A DNA stretch of 64,000 nt from Pseudomonadota bacterium (GCA_018816555.1 JAHIVT010000091.1:70484-134483); one strand, 5' to 3'; positions 9,852-19,044 are shown, numbered from the stretch's first letter. Notes: generated from the sequence alone by a model not told the origin. Made by a program: numbers and translations.

Positions 9852-10172
9852 ATGGCAATTATTGAACATGCAGGAAATTCTTACGATGTTGACGAGGACG
9901 GCTTCCTCACAAAAGGTATGGAAGAATGGAATGAAGGTTGGGTTGAGTACGTAAAAGGCCTCGAAGGCATCGGCGACCTGACCGACGAGCATTGGAAAGT
10001 TATCAACGCTCTGCAGGATTACTACAAGAAAAACGGTATTGCTCCGATGGTTCGTATTCTTTCCAAAACCACAGGTTTCCCGCTGAAAAGAATTTATGAG
10101 CTGTTCCCCTCAGGACCTGGTAAAGGAGCCTGTAAAATGGCTGGTCTGCCGAAACCGACCGGTTGTGTATAA
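9852..10172 (+). CDS. dsrC: DsrC (TusE/DsrC/DsvC family sulfur-relay protein, dissimilatory sulfite reductase gamma)
   Basis: 106 aa. The C-terminal arm CKMAGLPKPTGCV has the two conserved Cys 10 residues apart, with the penultimate Cys. Strong RBS AAGGAGGA at 9840-9847. Confidence 0.95.
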   Translation: MAIIEHAGNSYDVDEDGFLTKGMEEWNEGWVEYVKGLEGIGDLTDEHWKVINALQDYYKKNGIAPMVRILSKTTGFPLKRIYELFPSGPGKGACKMAGLPKPTGCV

Positions 10173-10211
10173 TGCTTTTATAAACAGTCTTTCAGCTGTT
10201 TAGCTTTTCAA

Positions 10212-10249
10212 GGGGGTTGCGGATTTGGTTCTGCAGCCTCCTTTTTTTT
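10212..10249 (+). terminator. intrinsic terminator of dsrC
   Basis: GGGGGTTGCGG (10212-10222) pairs with CTGCAGCCTCC (10231-10241), including 2 G-U pairs. The loop is 8 nt and is followed by T8 (10242-10249). Confidence 0.75.
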
Positions 10250-10258
10250 GTGGAAAAT

Positions 10259-11026
10259 TCACTGGGTGCTGAGAAAATTCCGGTGAATTGCCTCCACCCT
10301 GCGGTGATACTCAGCCGGGCTGATTTGCGCTCCCTTGATGCCGCCGCGTAAGTTGATCTCGGCTAAAAAGGTTTCCCCACTTTCCACAATCATCAGATCA
10401 ATATGGGCGTATGGGAATTTGCCCCTGCCCATGACCTGCCGACAGAAATCAAGTTGCTCCCCGCTTATGTCACAGGGGGTGCTCTGTCCCCCGCAGTGCA
10501 GATTATTTCTGAAGTTGTTCGGATTGTGCCGTGCGTACGACTCGATATAATCGCCAAGCATAATAACACGAATATCCCGGCTGTTTTCGGCAAATGGCTG
10601 GATGACAAAGGGGAAGGGCAGGGAGCCGAGGGTGGCTTGGCTGAAAACGTCCTCAACGTTTTGCCACAGATGGATGCCCATGCCGGCATTTTTTCTGTCA
10701 AGCTTGGTCACCACTCGATTGATGCCGTTTTCCTGATACAGATTGACGGTCTCCAGCATGTCATGCTGGTCATGGACCGGCATGGTGAGTGGAAGCATCT
10801 GCCTGGCAAAAATATGGGCCTGAAAAACCTTTGAGCGGCAGAGATGCTGGCTCAGCGCTGAAGGAAAGAGAATAATGCCACGTTCAACCAGATCGAGGAG
10901 AAGATGCTCCTCGGTGGTCTTGAGGCGTAATCGCCCGATAAAAATATCGCCGCACTGCAGGGTATGATATTCTTGTCGCAGGATCTGGTTTGTGGTGATA
11001 ATGCGGGGATTTGGAGAGGGATGCAT
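10259..11026 (-). CDS. ATP-grasp (RimK-like) ligase family protein
   Basis: 255 aa with an ATP-grasp pattern (VVTKLDRKNAGMGIHL, VIQPF...RDIRVIMLGD, DLMIVESGETFLAEINLRGG). Its start shares one base with the stop of the upstream gene (TAATG). Confidence 0.8.
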   Translation of the reverse strand: MHPSPNPRIITTNQILRQEYHTLQCGDIFIGRLRLKTTEEHLLLDLVERGIILFPSALSQHLCRSKVFQAHIFARQMLPLTMPVHDQHDMLETVNLYQENGINRVVTKLDRKNAGMGIHLWQNVEDVFSQATLGSLPFPFVIQPFAENSRDIRVIMLGDYIESYARHNPNNFRNNLHCGGQSTPCDISGEQLDFCRQVMGRGKFPYAHIDLMIVESGETFLAEINLRGGIKGAQISPAEYHRRVEAIHRNFLSTQ

Positions 11027-11301
11027 TAAAAGAGCATTTCCACAAAACGCTGGTGGAAGCGGGTAAGATCGGCGTTACATTCTCCGCAAAAAAAACGGAT
11101 TTCACCTAATATCTGGGATTCGTCACCATCCTGGCTGAAGCTGCAGTCGTCGTTCTGCACATAATGGGTGGTGAGGATAACCCCATCGGCAACTTCAACA
11201 AAATCTGTGTCATTACCACAGGTTGGACAGGTAAGCCGCATGCCCATATTGGCAGTTTGATGGCTGCGTGACTTGGAGTCTGCAGAAGTATCCACGTTCA
11301 T
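11026..11301 (-). CDS. small Zn-ribbon protein (CPTC...CGEC), function unknown
   Basis: 91 aa. RBS AAGGAGGAA lies immediately upstream of ATG 11301. CxxC-N38-CxxC ribbon. Translationally coupled to the ATP-grasp gene. Confidence 0.6.
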   Translation of the reverse strand: MNVDTSADSKSRSHQTANMGMRLTCPTCGNDTDFVEVADGVILTTHYVQNDDCSFSQDGDESQILGEIRFFCGECNADLTRFHQRFVEMLF

Positions 11302-11324
11302 TTCCTCCTTTGCAAAAGAATTTT

Positions 11325-11353
11325 ATACTACGCGAGGCAGTTTGATTTGTCAA
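11325..11353 (-). promoter_or_regulatory. sigma70-type promoter of the Zn-ribbon/ATP-grasp operon (TTGACA-17-TAGTAT)
   Basis: On the minus strand, TTGACA is the reverse complement of 11348-11353. A 17-nt spacer follows, and TAGTAT is the reverse complement of 11325-11330. This lies about 20 nt upstream of the RBS. Confidence 0.5.
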
Positions 11354-11418
11354 TCAGCTAAAGCGGCCAGCAGGTTGGCCGGGCGGTGTTTTTTCACGTA
11401 TTCACTTAATAAATTTGG

Positions 11419-11610
11419 TTATAGCATTCCTTTCACCTTGCAGGATGATTTATCGGCAACCTTGAGATGGGCGTCGGCATTATCCTCATAGCCGTTGTGG
11501 CGGTATAGGGAAACGGGTTCATGCGGCGCCAGTTTTCCCGGCCACACCTCGTAATCGTGGTGTAGTCCTGATTCGTCGTCATTAATGAAGCCAGAACTTG
11601 TTATGTGCAT
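11419..11610 (-). CDS. possible small acidic protein (63 aa from ATG 11610), unknown
   Basis: Codon usage looks coding-like, but there is no clear RBS. The ORF-track start at 11622 is TTG. Confidence 0.3.
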   Translation of the reverse strand: MHITSSGFINDDESGLHHDYEVWPGKLAPHEPVSLYRHNGYEDNADAHLKVADKSSCKVKGML

Positions 11611-11810
11611 CGCGTTTTCCAAGCATCGGCCTTCCTTACTTCTCTTCGGATTTTTATCGCCAAGATTGGTTGCAGAGGGTACATTATCAGGGATTGGACA
11701 CGTACGTTTTTTTCTTTGGCTGTATGTAGTTTTGCTGACTGCTGGGGACTGTTTTTCCCTTCTCCCCGCTGGTTTTGTAGCAAAATAATCCCATCAAAAC
11801 GGATAAGAAA

Positions 11811-12401
11811 ATGGCTGAAATACGAAGCACACTTGAAATGGTTCTGGAGCGGGCAGCTCGCATGGAGGCAAGTGCCTCCAGTGATATGATTCTGCAGGAA
11901 AAAGAAAAGGAAGGCATGCGCCTTGCCGCAGGCTTTCTGCGGGGTGATCAAGTAGATCTTCCCGCTGCCCTGGTAAAATGTTCCGCTGAAGAACGGCCCT
12001 ATGTGAAAAAGGGCATGGTGTCCGCCTTACTGCGGAATATCGTTCTGCCCAGGACGGTGGATGAGGCGCCTGCTGCGGAAAAAGCCATGCAGGCCCTGAT
12101 GGAAATCGGTCGGGACAAGGGCGACCTTGTCCAGGTTTTCACGGAAATGAAATCCATTCTGGACCGCTATCTGACTCACAAAGAGCAGCTGAAAAAACAG
12201 CTTGAAGAGCAGTTTGCCCAGCAGATGATGCTGATGGAAAAGAATCTGGCCCAGCAGACCGGCATGAAAATGAAGCTTCAGCCATCCCAGCACCCGAAAT
12301 TTGCCGAGGAATGGCAGAGAATCCAGGTGGAACTGAATGACCAGTATGGTCGTGCGGTTGAGCAGTACAAAGAGTTTATAGCCACCCATCTCACCGCTTG
12401 A
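11811..12401 (+). CDS. hypothetical helical/coiled-coil protein
   Basis: 196-aa ORF with coding-like composition and no motif I recognise. Confidence 0.55.
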   Translation: MAEIRSTLEMVLERAARMEASASSDMILQEKEKEGMRLAAGFLRGDQVDLPAALVKCSAEERPYVKKGMVSALLRNIVLPRTVDEAPAAEKAMQALMEIGRDKGDLVQVFTEMKSILDRYLTHKEQLKKQLEEQFAQQMMLMEKNLAQQTGMKMKLQPSQHPKFAEEWQRIQVELNDQYGRAVEQYKEFIATHLTA

Positions 12402-12416
12402 TGAGCGTCCTCGCCA

Positions 12417-12665
12417 TTGAAGATAACACTGCGCATTGAAGAAGATGCCGATTTATCTACCTGCCCGTGGCCGAAGGTGGATAAGGTGGTGCGGCAGTGG
12501 GCAACCAGCCACGGCTCATCGTTGCCACTGGATTTTTTTTTGCCGCTGCAGAGAAATATGTCAGTAGAGCTAGATGTGCAGACCGATGATCTGATCACCG
12601 CCGTGAGGCGACTGCATGATGAGCTCTATGATCTGCAGGTGAATTTTACCGTGTCAGTGGACTGA
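12417..12665 (+). CDS. hypothetical small protein
   Basis: TTG start 15 nt after the upstream stop. 82 aa. The 3' end overlaps the convergent hydrogenase gene by 12 nt. Confidence 0.4.
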   Translation: MKITLRIEEDADLSTCPWPKVDKVVRQWATSHGSSLPLDFFLPLQRNMSVELDVQTDDLITAVRRLHDELYDLQVNFTVSVD

Positions 12666-13928
12666 ACAGGATATGCACGGATCGTATGCCCGCACCAGCA
12701 TCTCGGCCAGGCGCTGTATCTCGGCATCGGTTCTTTGCTGCGCTGCCGACTGGCGGGCCAGCTCGATGATATCATAATGGATGTTGGCGTTGTTCTGGCT
12801 GGTGGGAATGACGCAGTCCGCCCTGGTGATGCGGCCGGCCTGGTCAAATTCATAGGCATGGTAAAGAATGCCCCGGGGCACCTCCACCGCGCCGACACCC
12901 CGCCCCGCCTTCGGTATGACCGGCTGTCGGGGTTCCTGCCATTTTGCTGCCAGCAGTTCCTCAATGATGACAATACTGTCAATGACCACATGGACGCATT
13001 CCACCAGCTGGGCGATGTTGTTCATGAAGGGATTGTGGTTGACCGGCTGCAGGGAGAAGCTCGCTGCAACCTCTCTTGCCTTGGGATGCAGGAAGGCAAA
13101 GTTGTTGTTGAACCGGGCCAGGGCCCCTGCGGCAAGAGACTGGCGGGAAAGACGGCTCCATTTGGAGGTAGAGTGGTCCACCATGTATTCATTGGTCATC
13201 TGCAGGTATTCATCCTCTTTTTTCACCACGCCATCGCTTGAAACCAGATCCCCGCCGATAAACGGATAATGGTCCCTTCCTTTTAATGAGACAAATTCCG
13301 TCTCCCTGACAAAGTCGGGCAGCGAAAATGTCTGGAAGAGCTGGGCTGTTTTGACCAGGTCCGGCAGGGCGGCTTCAAGTCTTGCTTTGATCAGGGCGAG
13401 CTGGGATTTTTCCGGCAGCATGGTAAAGCCGCCGACCACGGTCCGGGTCGGATGGACACGGCGGCCGCCGATGATATCACAGGCGTCGTTGGCCAGCAGT
13501 TTCAGACGGGTGGCGCGCTGCACCACCTCCGGGTGGGTCTGGACCAGGGGCAGCACGCTGCCGATATGCAGAAAATCAGGGGCTGCCAGAAAATAAAGGT
13601 GCAGAATATGGCTCTGCAGGGTCTCCATATGTTTGAGCAGGAGCCGCAGGCCGGCGGTCTGTCTGTCGGGCACGATGCCAAAGGCATTTTCAACCGCCCT
13701 GATGCTGGCCAGGGTATGTCCGATGGAGCAGATGCCGCAGATCCGGCCGCAGAGATAGGGGGCGTTTTCCCACAGTTTACCCACCAGAATGGCCTCGAAA
13801 AAACGGGGAGTCTCAACCACATCCCAGCCCGCCTCTTCCACCTGACCATTTTTGATCCTGATGCGGATATTGCCGTGCCCTTCCACCCGGGTCAAATGGT
13901 TTACTTTAATGTTGCAGGAAACTTTCAT
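12654..13928 (-). CDS. [NiFe] hydrogenase large (alpha) subunit, group 3 (sulfhydrogenase/MvhA-like)
   Basis: N-terminal RVEGHG and RICGICSIGH (CxxC) motifs. C-terminal DPCISCSVH is followed directly by the stop. ATG 13928 has AAGGA upstream; the ORF track starts at GTG 13952. Confidence 0.9.
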   Translation of the reverse strand: MKVSCNIKVNHLTRVEGHGNIRIRIKNGQVEEAGWDVVETPRFFEAILVGKLWENAPYLCGRICGICSIGHTLASIRAVENAFGIVPDRQTAGLRLLLKHMETLQSHILHLYFLAAPDFLHIGSVLPLVQTHPEVVQRATRLKLLANDACDIIGGRRVHPTRTVVGGFTMLPEKSQLALIKARLEAALPDLVKTAQLFQTFSLPDFVRETEFVSLKGRDHYPFIGGDLVSSDGVVKKEDEYLQMTNEYMVDHSTSKWSRLSRQSLAAGALARFNNNFAFLHPKAREVAASFSLQPVNHNPFMNNIAQLVECVHVVIDSIVIIEELLAAKWQEPRQPVIPKAGRGVGAVEVPRGILYHAYEFDQAGRITRADCVIPTSQNNANIHYDIIELARQSAAQQRTDAEIQRLAEMLVRAYDPCISCSVH

Positions 13929-13935
13929 GGATTCG

Positions 13936-14733
13936 TTATTCCTTAGAGGCACTTTTCAGCTCACTGACATATTGCCCAAAGCCGCCGAAACATTCCAGAC
14001 GGTCCAGCATCTGCTCATCGGAAAAACCGTGTTCATGCATGATCTGCCTGAGCTGCCGCACATTGGGTTTTTCAGCAGGTCCCCGGCAGCCCCAGCAGCC
14101 GAGGCGGTTACTGGGACACCAGGCATCACAGCCTGCCCTGGTGATCGGCCCCAGGCATGGCTGGCCCAGGTCAAAAAGACAGACATTGTGGTTGGCCTTG
14201 CATTCCACGCATACCGGATACTTGGGGTAATCAATGGACTTGCCCAGCACTAGGTTGGTCACCACCCTTTCCACCTCTTCCTTTTTGATGGGACAGCCGT
14301 AGATTTCCAGATCCACGGGTACGATGGCGGATAGGGGCATCGCCTCCCTGCTTTCAATGGGATGGGAGCCGTAAACCTGTTCTTTCACCCAGGCGAGATC
14401 ATTGAAGCGATTTTTGAGCTGGTTGACGCCGCCGAAGCAGGCGCAGGAGCCGATGGCCACCAGGGTCTGCGCCCGGGCACGGATTTCTTTCAACTGCTCT
14501 GCCTCGTCATCCCGAGTGATGCTTCCTTCGACAAAGGCGATTTCATAATCGTCGCTTTGCTCGCTCATCGCCTCCCGGAAATTGACAATGTTCAGCAGGG
14601 CGAGGAAATCAACCAGGGTGGCCTCGTTATTGAGCAGCTGCAGTTGGCAGCCCTCGCAGGAGGTGAATTCGAAAAAAGCGACTTTCGGCTTTTTGACCGG
14701 TACGCCGAGATAGGTATGTTCCTTGGCTGTCAT
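13936..14733 (-). CDS. [NiFe] hydrogenase small (delta) subunit
   Basis: NuoB-like fold with FEFTSCEGCQ and GSCACFGG cluster ligands, plus a C-terminal Cys-rich ferredoxin-like region. Confidence 0.9.
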   Translation of the reverse strand: MTAKEHTYLGVPVKKPKVAFFEFTSCEGCQLQLLNNEATLVDFLALLNIVNFREAMSEQSDDYEIAFVEGSITRDDEAEQLKEIRARAQTLVAIGSCACFGGVNQLKNRFNDLAWVKEQVYGSHPIESREAMPLSAIVPVDLEIYGCPIKKEEVERVVTNLVLGKSIDYPKYPVCVECKANHNVCLFDLGQPCLGPITRAGCDAWCPSNRLGCWGCRGPAEKPNVRQLRQIMHEHGFSDEQMLDRLECFGGFGQYVSELKSASKE

Positions 14734-14740
14734 GGGATCT

Positions 14741-15640
14741 CTAAATGGCCTCTTTCATATTCATCACCGACCAGTAATCAAAAACAGGGCCTTCCAGGCA
14801 GGTATAGGTGGAGCCGATGTTGCAGCGGCAGCATTTGCCGCGGCCGCAATGCATTCTGCGCTCAAGCGACACGAAAATCTGCTGCATGGGCAGATGGGCC
14901 TTGAGGAGCATATCGCAGACGAATTTGAACATGACCGGCGGGCCGCAGACAATGGCGTAGGTGTTCTTGCCCATGTTCGGCGCTGCGGCGATGCGCTGCT
15001 CCAAAATGGTGGTGATGCGGCCAACCGGCCCCTGCCAGTCAGCGTCCCCGGTGTCAACAATGATATTGAGATTGATGTCAAACTGCCGCCACATATCGTA
15101 CTGATAGGTAAAGAGCAGCTCGGACGGGTTGCGTGCTCCGTAAATGATATCAATATTTCCGAAGCGGTTGCGGTTCTCCAGCACGGCAAAAATGGGGGCC
15201 CGCAGGGGGACGATCCCCAGGCCGCCGGCAATGAGCATGATATCATGGCCCTGCATCTGCTCCACCGGAAAGCTGGTGCCAAAGGGGCCGCTGATGCCCA
15301 CCCTGGTGCCCCGGGGCACTCTGGCGAGAAAGTCGGTCATGTTACCGACTGCCCGAATGCACAGCTCGATATCTCCGTGCCGGATGGGGGAGGATGAGAT
15401 GGAAAAAGGCGCTTCACCGATGCCCGGCAGTTCAAGCATGACAAACTGGCCCGGCTGGAAAGAGAAGCGCTGCCGCTCCTCCGGATCGATGATCTGGATC
15501 TGATAGAGTTTTTCCGTTGTGGTAAGGGGGTAAACATTGGTGATTTCCGCCTGAAAGGTGTATTCAAAACTTGTCAGGTCCTGTTTGCGGGCATGATTCT
15601 GTTTTTCGGCCAGCACATCGACAAAGGGCAGTTTATGCAT
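14741..15640 (-). CDS. hydrogenase gamma subunit: FAD/NAD(P)-binding oxidoreductase with C-terminal 2Fe-2S site
   Basis: Ferredoxin-NADP reductase-like fold (RFSFQPGQFVML, PFSISS, IMLIAGGLGIVP). C-terminal CGRGKCCRCN cluster. ATG 15640 overlaps the beta stop by 8 nt. Confidence 0.85.
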   Translation of the reverse strand: MHKLPFVDVLAEKQNHARKQDLTSFEYTFQAEITNVYPLTTTEKLYQIQIIDPEERQRFSFQPGQFVMLELPGIGEAPFSISSSPIRHGDIELCIRAVGNMTDFLARVPRGTRVGISGPFGTSFPVEQMQGHDIMLIAGGLGIVPLRAPIFAVLENRNRFGNIDIIYGARNPSELLFTYQYDMWRQFDINLNIIVDTGDADWQGPVGRITTILEQRIAAAPNMGKNTYAIVCGPPVMFKFVCDMLLKAHLPMQQIFVSLERRMHCGRGKCCRCNIGSTYTCLEGPVFDYWSVMNMKEAI

Positions 15641-16682
15641 GGTTTGCCCCCTCGCCCCGCACACTGGCGATCACTTCAGGCACGGTGATGTTCGCCAGGC
15701 AGGACTGGCCGCAGCGGCCGCATCCCACGCAGAGTGATTCCTCGAAGGCCTCGACAAAGCCCCGGTGCTTGTGGTAGTAGCGGTATTTCAATCGGTCATG
15801 GCTCTCCGGCCGGAAATTGTGACCGCCGGCCACCTCGGCAAAATCAATGAGATTGCAGGAGTAAAGGTGCTTTGTCTTGGTGGCATGCTGCAGGCCGAGA
15901 TCAACATTTTCCTCAATGCCGTAACAATAACAGGTGGGACAGACATTGGCGCAAGTGCCGCAGGACAGGCATTTTCTGCCCCATTCCTGCCATACCTCGG
16001 CCTGGAACTCCAGATCAAGGATCTTGGTAAGATCAGTTGTGTCAACATGGCAGGTAAAGCGGTTCATCCGTTCCTGATTCACTTCCACAAAGCGCAGGTG
16101 TTCGCTGTGGCGCGGTTCCCGGCACTCCAGGCTGCTCATAAAAGCAAAGGCGCGGGCTGAATGAATTTCGGCGAAATAGGAGTCACCCAGGTCGGTCAGA
16201 AACAGATCAAAGCCGTGGAGAACGGAATCCGTGCCCATGGATTTGCAGAAGCAGAAGGGCTGGGGAGTGCAGCCGACGCCGATGATAAACATGTTTTTGC
16301 GTTTGGCGGCATAGTAGGGGTCCGGATAGACGTTGCCGATGAGCACCTTGTCAAGCTTGTTCAAGGCGTTGATATCACAGGCATGAAGCCCGAAATAGAC
16401 CGTGGGCTTGTAGGCATTGAAGTCCACATGCTTCTGCCAGCTGTCCTTCTGCAGGTCAAAGGTACACAGGGTTTCCCTGGGAGGAAGCACAAAGCGTTTC
16501 AGCGAGTGAATGGTTGCCGTATAATCCAGCTGCAGCTCGGCAAAATCATAGATGAAATCGAAGTCATACAGCGGCGCGCCATGGCGGTCTACCCCTTTGC
16601 TCACTGGCCCGACAATATGATTGACCGCAAGAATATCGTAGAGATTGATGAGTTGGTCTTTGGCAAAAACTCGAAAAAGCAT
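15633..16682 (-). CDS. hydrogenase beta subunit: 4Fe-4S dicluster protein (HydB/AsrA-like)
   Basis: CLSCGTCANVCPTCYC and CVGCGRCGQSC motifs. The gene order beta-gamma-delta-alpha matches sulfhydrogenase operons. ATG 16682 has GAGGG upstream. Confidence 0.85.
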   Translation of the reverse strand: MLFRVFAKDQLINLYDILAVNHIVGPVSKGVDRHGAPLYDFDFIYDFAELQLDYTATIHSLKRFVLPPRETLCTFDLQKDSWQKHVDFNAYKPTVYFGLHACDINALNKLDKVLIGNVYPDPYYAAKRKNMFIIGVGCTPQPFCFCKSMGTDSVLHGFDLFLTDLGDSYFAEIHSARAFAFMSSLECREPRHSEHLRFVEVNQERMNRFTCHVDTTDLTKILDLEFQAEVWQEWGRKCLSCGTCANVCPTCYCYGIEENVDLGLQHATKTKHLYSCNLIDFAEVAGGHNFRPESHDRLKYRYYHKHRGFVEAFEESLCVGCGRCGQSCLANITVPEVIASVRGEGANHA

Positions 16683-16893
16683 GCGGGGCAACCCTCAACA
16701 AAGAATTGGAGAAAAAAAGGTATATTACACTATGTCCAGACCATTGGGCAATTGTCCAGTTGATTTGTTCGCAAATAATTGCAGCCTTGGCTGATTATTG
16801 CTTGCCCTTACCAGTGGTCATTGTAATGATAGAAATGTAATTTGCCGTGCTTGACACTGTTTTGCAATAACTAATCAAGGTTCCAGAAAAAAT

Positions 16894-17985
16894 ATGGAAA
16901 AGCTCAACGAATTAAGAAGGATATTAAAAAATCGCAAGATTGATGCCCTGCTTGTCACCCAGCCGGATAACCGCAGGTATCTGAGCCGGTACAGTGCAAC
17001 CGATGCATCTATTTCTGAAACAAGCGGCGTGTTGCTCATCCCCCGCCGCGGGACACCTCTGCTGCTGACCGATTCCCGTTTTGAGCTGCACGCGGCTTCC
17101 GAGGCCAAGGGGTTCGAGATCATGCTCTATCCCAAAGGCCTGCTGTCGCTGCTGCAGAAGCTGCTGCCAAAACTCAAGGTCAAACGGCTGGGCTTTGAGA
17201 GCCATTACCTGCTCCATGCCACGGCCGGCAAGTTGACCGCCCTCACCAATAAGCTGGGCATTGAGGCGGTGCCGCTGGTCGGTATTGTCGAGAAGATGCG
17301 GGTGACAAAAGAGCAGGAGGAGATCGAAAGGATTGAAAAATCGGTTTTGCTCAATGAGCAGGTCTTCCAGGAGGTCTTTGCCAGCCTGCGGGAGGGCCAG
17401 ACGGAACGGGAGGTGGCCATGCGCATCGAGAACACCATGCTCGGCATGGGGGCGGAGCGGCCGAGCTTTGCCACCATTGTGGCCGGCGGGCCGAACGGCG
17501 CCTCCCCGCACGCGGTGCCCGGTTCCCGGCCGCTCAAGCGGGAAGAACCCATTGTCATTGATATGGGCCTGATCCTTGACGGTTATTGCTCGGACATGAC
17601 CCGCACCGTGGTGCTGGGCACCCCGGATCAGAAAACCGTTGAGCTGTTCCGACTGGTGAGAAAGGCGCAGCTGGCGGCAACGAATACCATCAAAGCCGGC
17701 ATAACAGGCAAGGAGGCTGACCGGGCGGCCCGGGAGGTCATCACCGCGGCCGGGCTGGGAGACAAATTCGGCCATGGCCTGGGACACGGGGTCGGCCTGG
17801 CTGTCCATGAAGCGCCGTCGCTTAATCGCCGCAACGGCAAGAAACTGCAGGCTGGTATGATCATTACCGTGGAACCCGGAGTCTATCTGCCGGGTTGGGG
17901 AGGGATACGCCTGGAAAACATGGGGGTGGTGGAGAAGAACGGTTGCCGCATTTTAAACCGCGACACAACATTTCTCGATTTATGA
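16894..17985 (+). CDS. Xaa-Pro aminopeptidase/dipeptidase (M24B)
   Basis: Creatinase N-domain plus a pita-bread domain with metal ligands (VIDMG...DGYCSDMTRT, HGLGHGVGLAVHE, VEPGVY...GGIRLEN). Confidence 0.9.
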   Translation: MEKLNELRRILKNRKIDALLVTQPDNRRYLSRYSATDASISETSGVLLIPRRGTPLLLTDSRFELHAASEAKGFEIMLYPKGLLSLLQKLLPKLKVKRLGFESHYLLHATAGKLTALTNKLGIEAVPLVGIVEKMRVTKEQEEIERIEKSVLLNEQVFQEVFASLREGQTEREVAMRIENTMLGMGAERPSFATIVAGGPNGASPHAVPGSRPLKREEPIVIDMGLILDGYCSDMTRTVVLGTPDQKTVELFRLVRKAQLAATNTIKAGITGKEADRAAREVITAAGLGDKFGHGLGHGVGLAVHEAPSLNRRNGKKLQAGMIITVEPGVYLPGWGGIRLENMGVVEKNGCRILNRDTTFLDL

Positions 17986-18194
17986 ATCATGTAATCACCA
18001 TTTGACGTTCCTGGAGTAAAAACTTCAGCAACTGCGGAAGAGTATCATCCTCGGCATCCGGAGGATTCCCCTTTATGCAATCTCTTGAGTGAGCATTTCG
18101 TTCATTTCGTCTTGGATTATTGTGTGGTATATTTTTTTCTATTGAAGCCCGAAAATCACTGCTCACCCAATACTTTTTTATTCCCGACCGGCCG

Positions 18195-18992
18195 ATGCCC
18201 AGCAAGAACGTGAAAAAGATACTTTTTGTTGAACCGTCCAATGTGATCCAGAAGAAACTGGCGCTTTCCTTGGCAAATGAATCATTCGAATTTCGGGCAG
18301 TCAAAAACGCCGACCAGGCCCTGGTTGCAATCATCCGCTGGCATCCGGACATCCTCATCTCAAGCATTGAAGTCGGCAACATAACAGGGTTTGACCTTTG
18401 TTTGATTATCCGCATGATGCCTGATTTCGTCGGCATGCCGATCATCCTTTTCAGTTCCAGCGACCCCAAAAATGCCTCGCAAAAGGCGGAAGATGTGGGG
18501 GCTGACTATTATGTCCAGAAAGACGAGAAAGGGATTTCCTCCCTCAACCGAATCATTACCGATATACTGCATGTCCCTGAAGCATCGCTGCTGCCTTCTG
18601 ATGAAAAACGGCCAATCCGCACCGTTCTGCTTGTGGATGACTCGGTGACCATGCGAAAGATAATCAGAAACATCCTCCTCGGCATCGGCATAACGAATGT
18701 GCTGGAGGCACATGACGGGGTGGAAGGGCTTCAACTCATAAAGACAGAAGCAATTGACCTGGTGATCTCCGACTGGAGTATGCCAAGAATGAATGGTTTG
18801 GAGATGGTAAAAAAAATTCGCACCAATTCTCAATTCGACAGCATCCCCATAGTCATGGTGACGGCCGAGGTGGAAGAAGAAATTCAAAAAGCCATGCATC
18901 TTGGCGTTAATGACTACCTGAGAAAACCGTTCAACCCCCTGGACATGAAAAAAATGATTGCCAAATTTACTGAATGCGCCACGGAGAAATGA
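18195..18992 (+). CDS. tandem receiver protein: degenerate pseudo-receiver + CheY-like receiver
   Basis: REC2 is canonical (VLLVDDS...DLVISDWSMPRMNG...KP). REC1 lacks the acidic pocket (FVEPS) and has Ser where the phospho-Asp is expected (DILISSIEV). ATG 18195 was chosen over the ORF-track start at 18120. Confidence 0.85.
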   Translation: MPSKNVKKILFVEPSNVIQKKLALSLANESFEFRAVKNADQALVAIIRWHPDILISSIEVGNITGFDLCLIIRMMPDFVGMPIILFSSSDPKNASQKAEDVGADYYVQKDEKGISSLNRIITDILHVPEASLLPSDEKRPIRTVLLVDDSVTMRKIIRNILLGIGITNVLEAHDGVEGLQLIKTEAIDLVISDWSMPRMNGLEMVKKIRTNSQFDSIPIVMVTAEVEEEIQKAMHLGVNDYLRKPFNPLDMKKMIAKFTECATEK

Positions 18993-19044
18993 AAAACATT
19001 TCCCCAAAGTCTTTTATTTTTCGAATCAAACATTTTCGAGCAAG

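Noticed and set aside
10259-11301. LysW/LysX amino-group carrier system.
   Set aside because: The Zn-ribbon protein lacks the acidic C-terminal EDWGE-type tail required for LysW-like carriers, and no lys/arg biosynthesis genes are adjacent. Only the general carrier-ligase analogy is retained.
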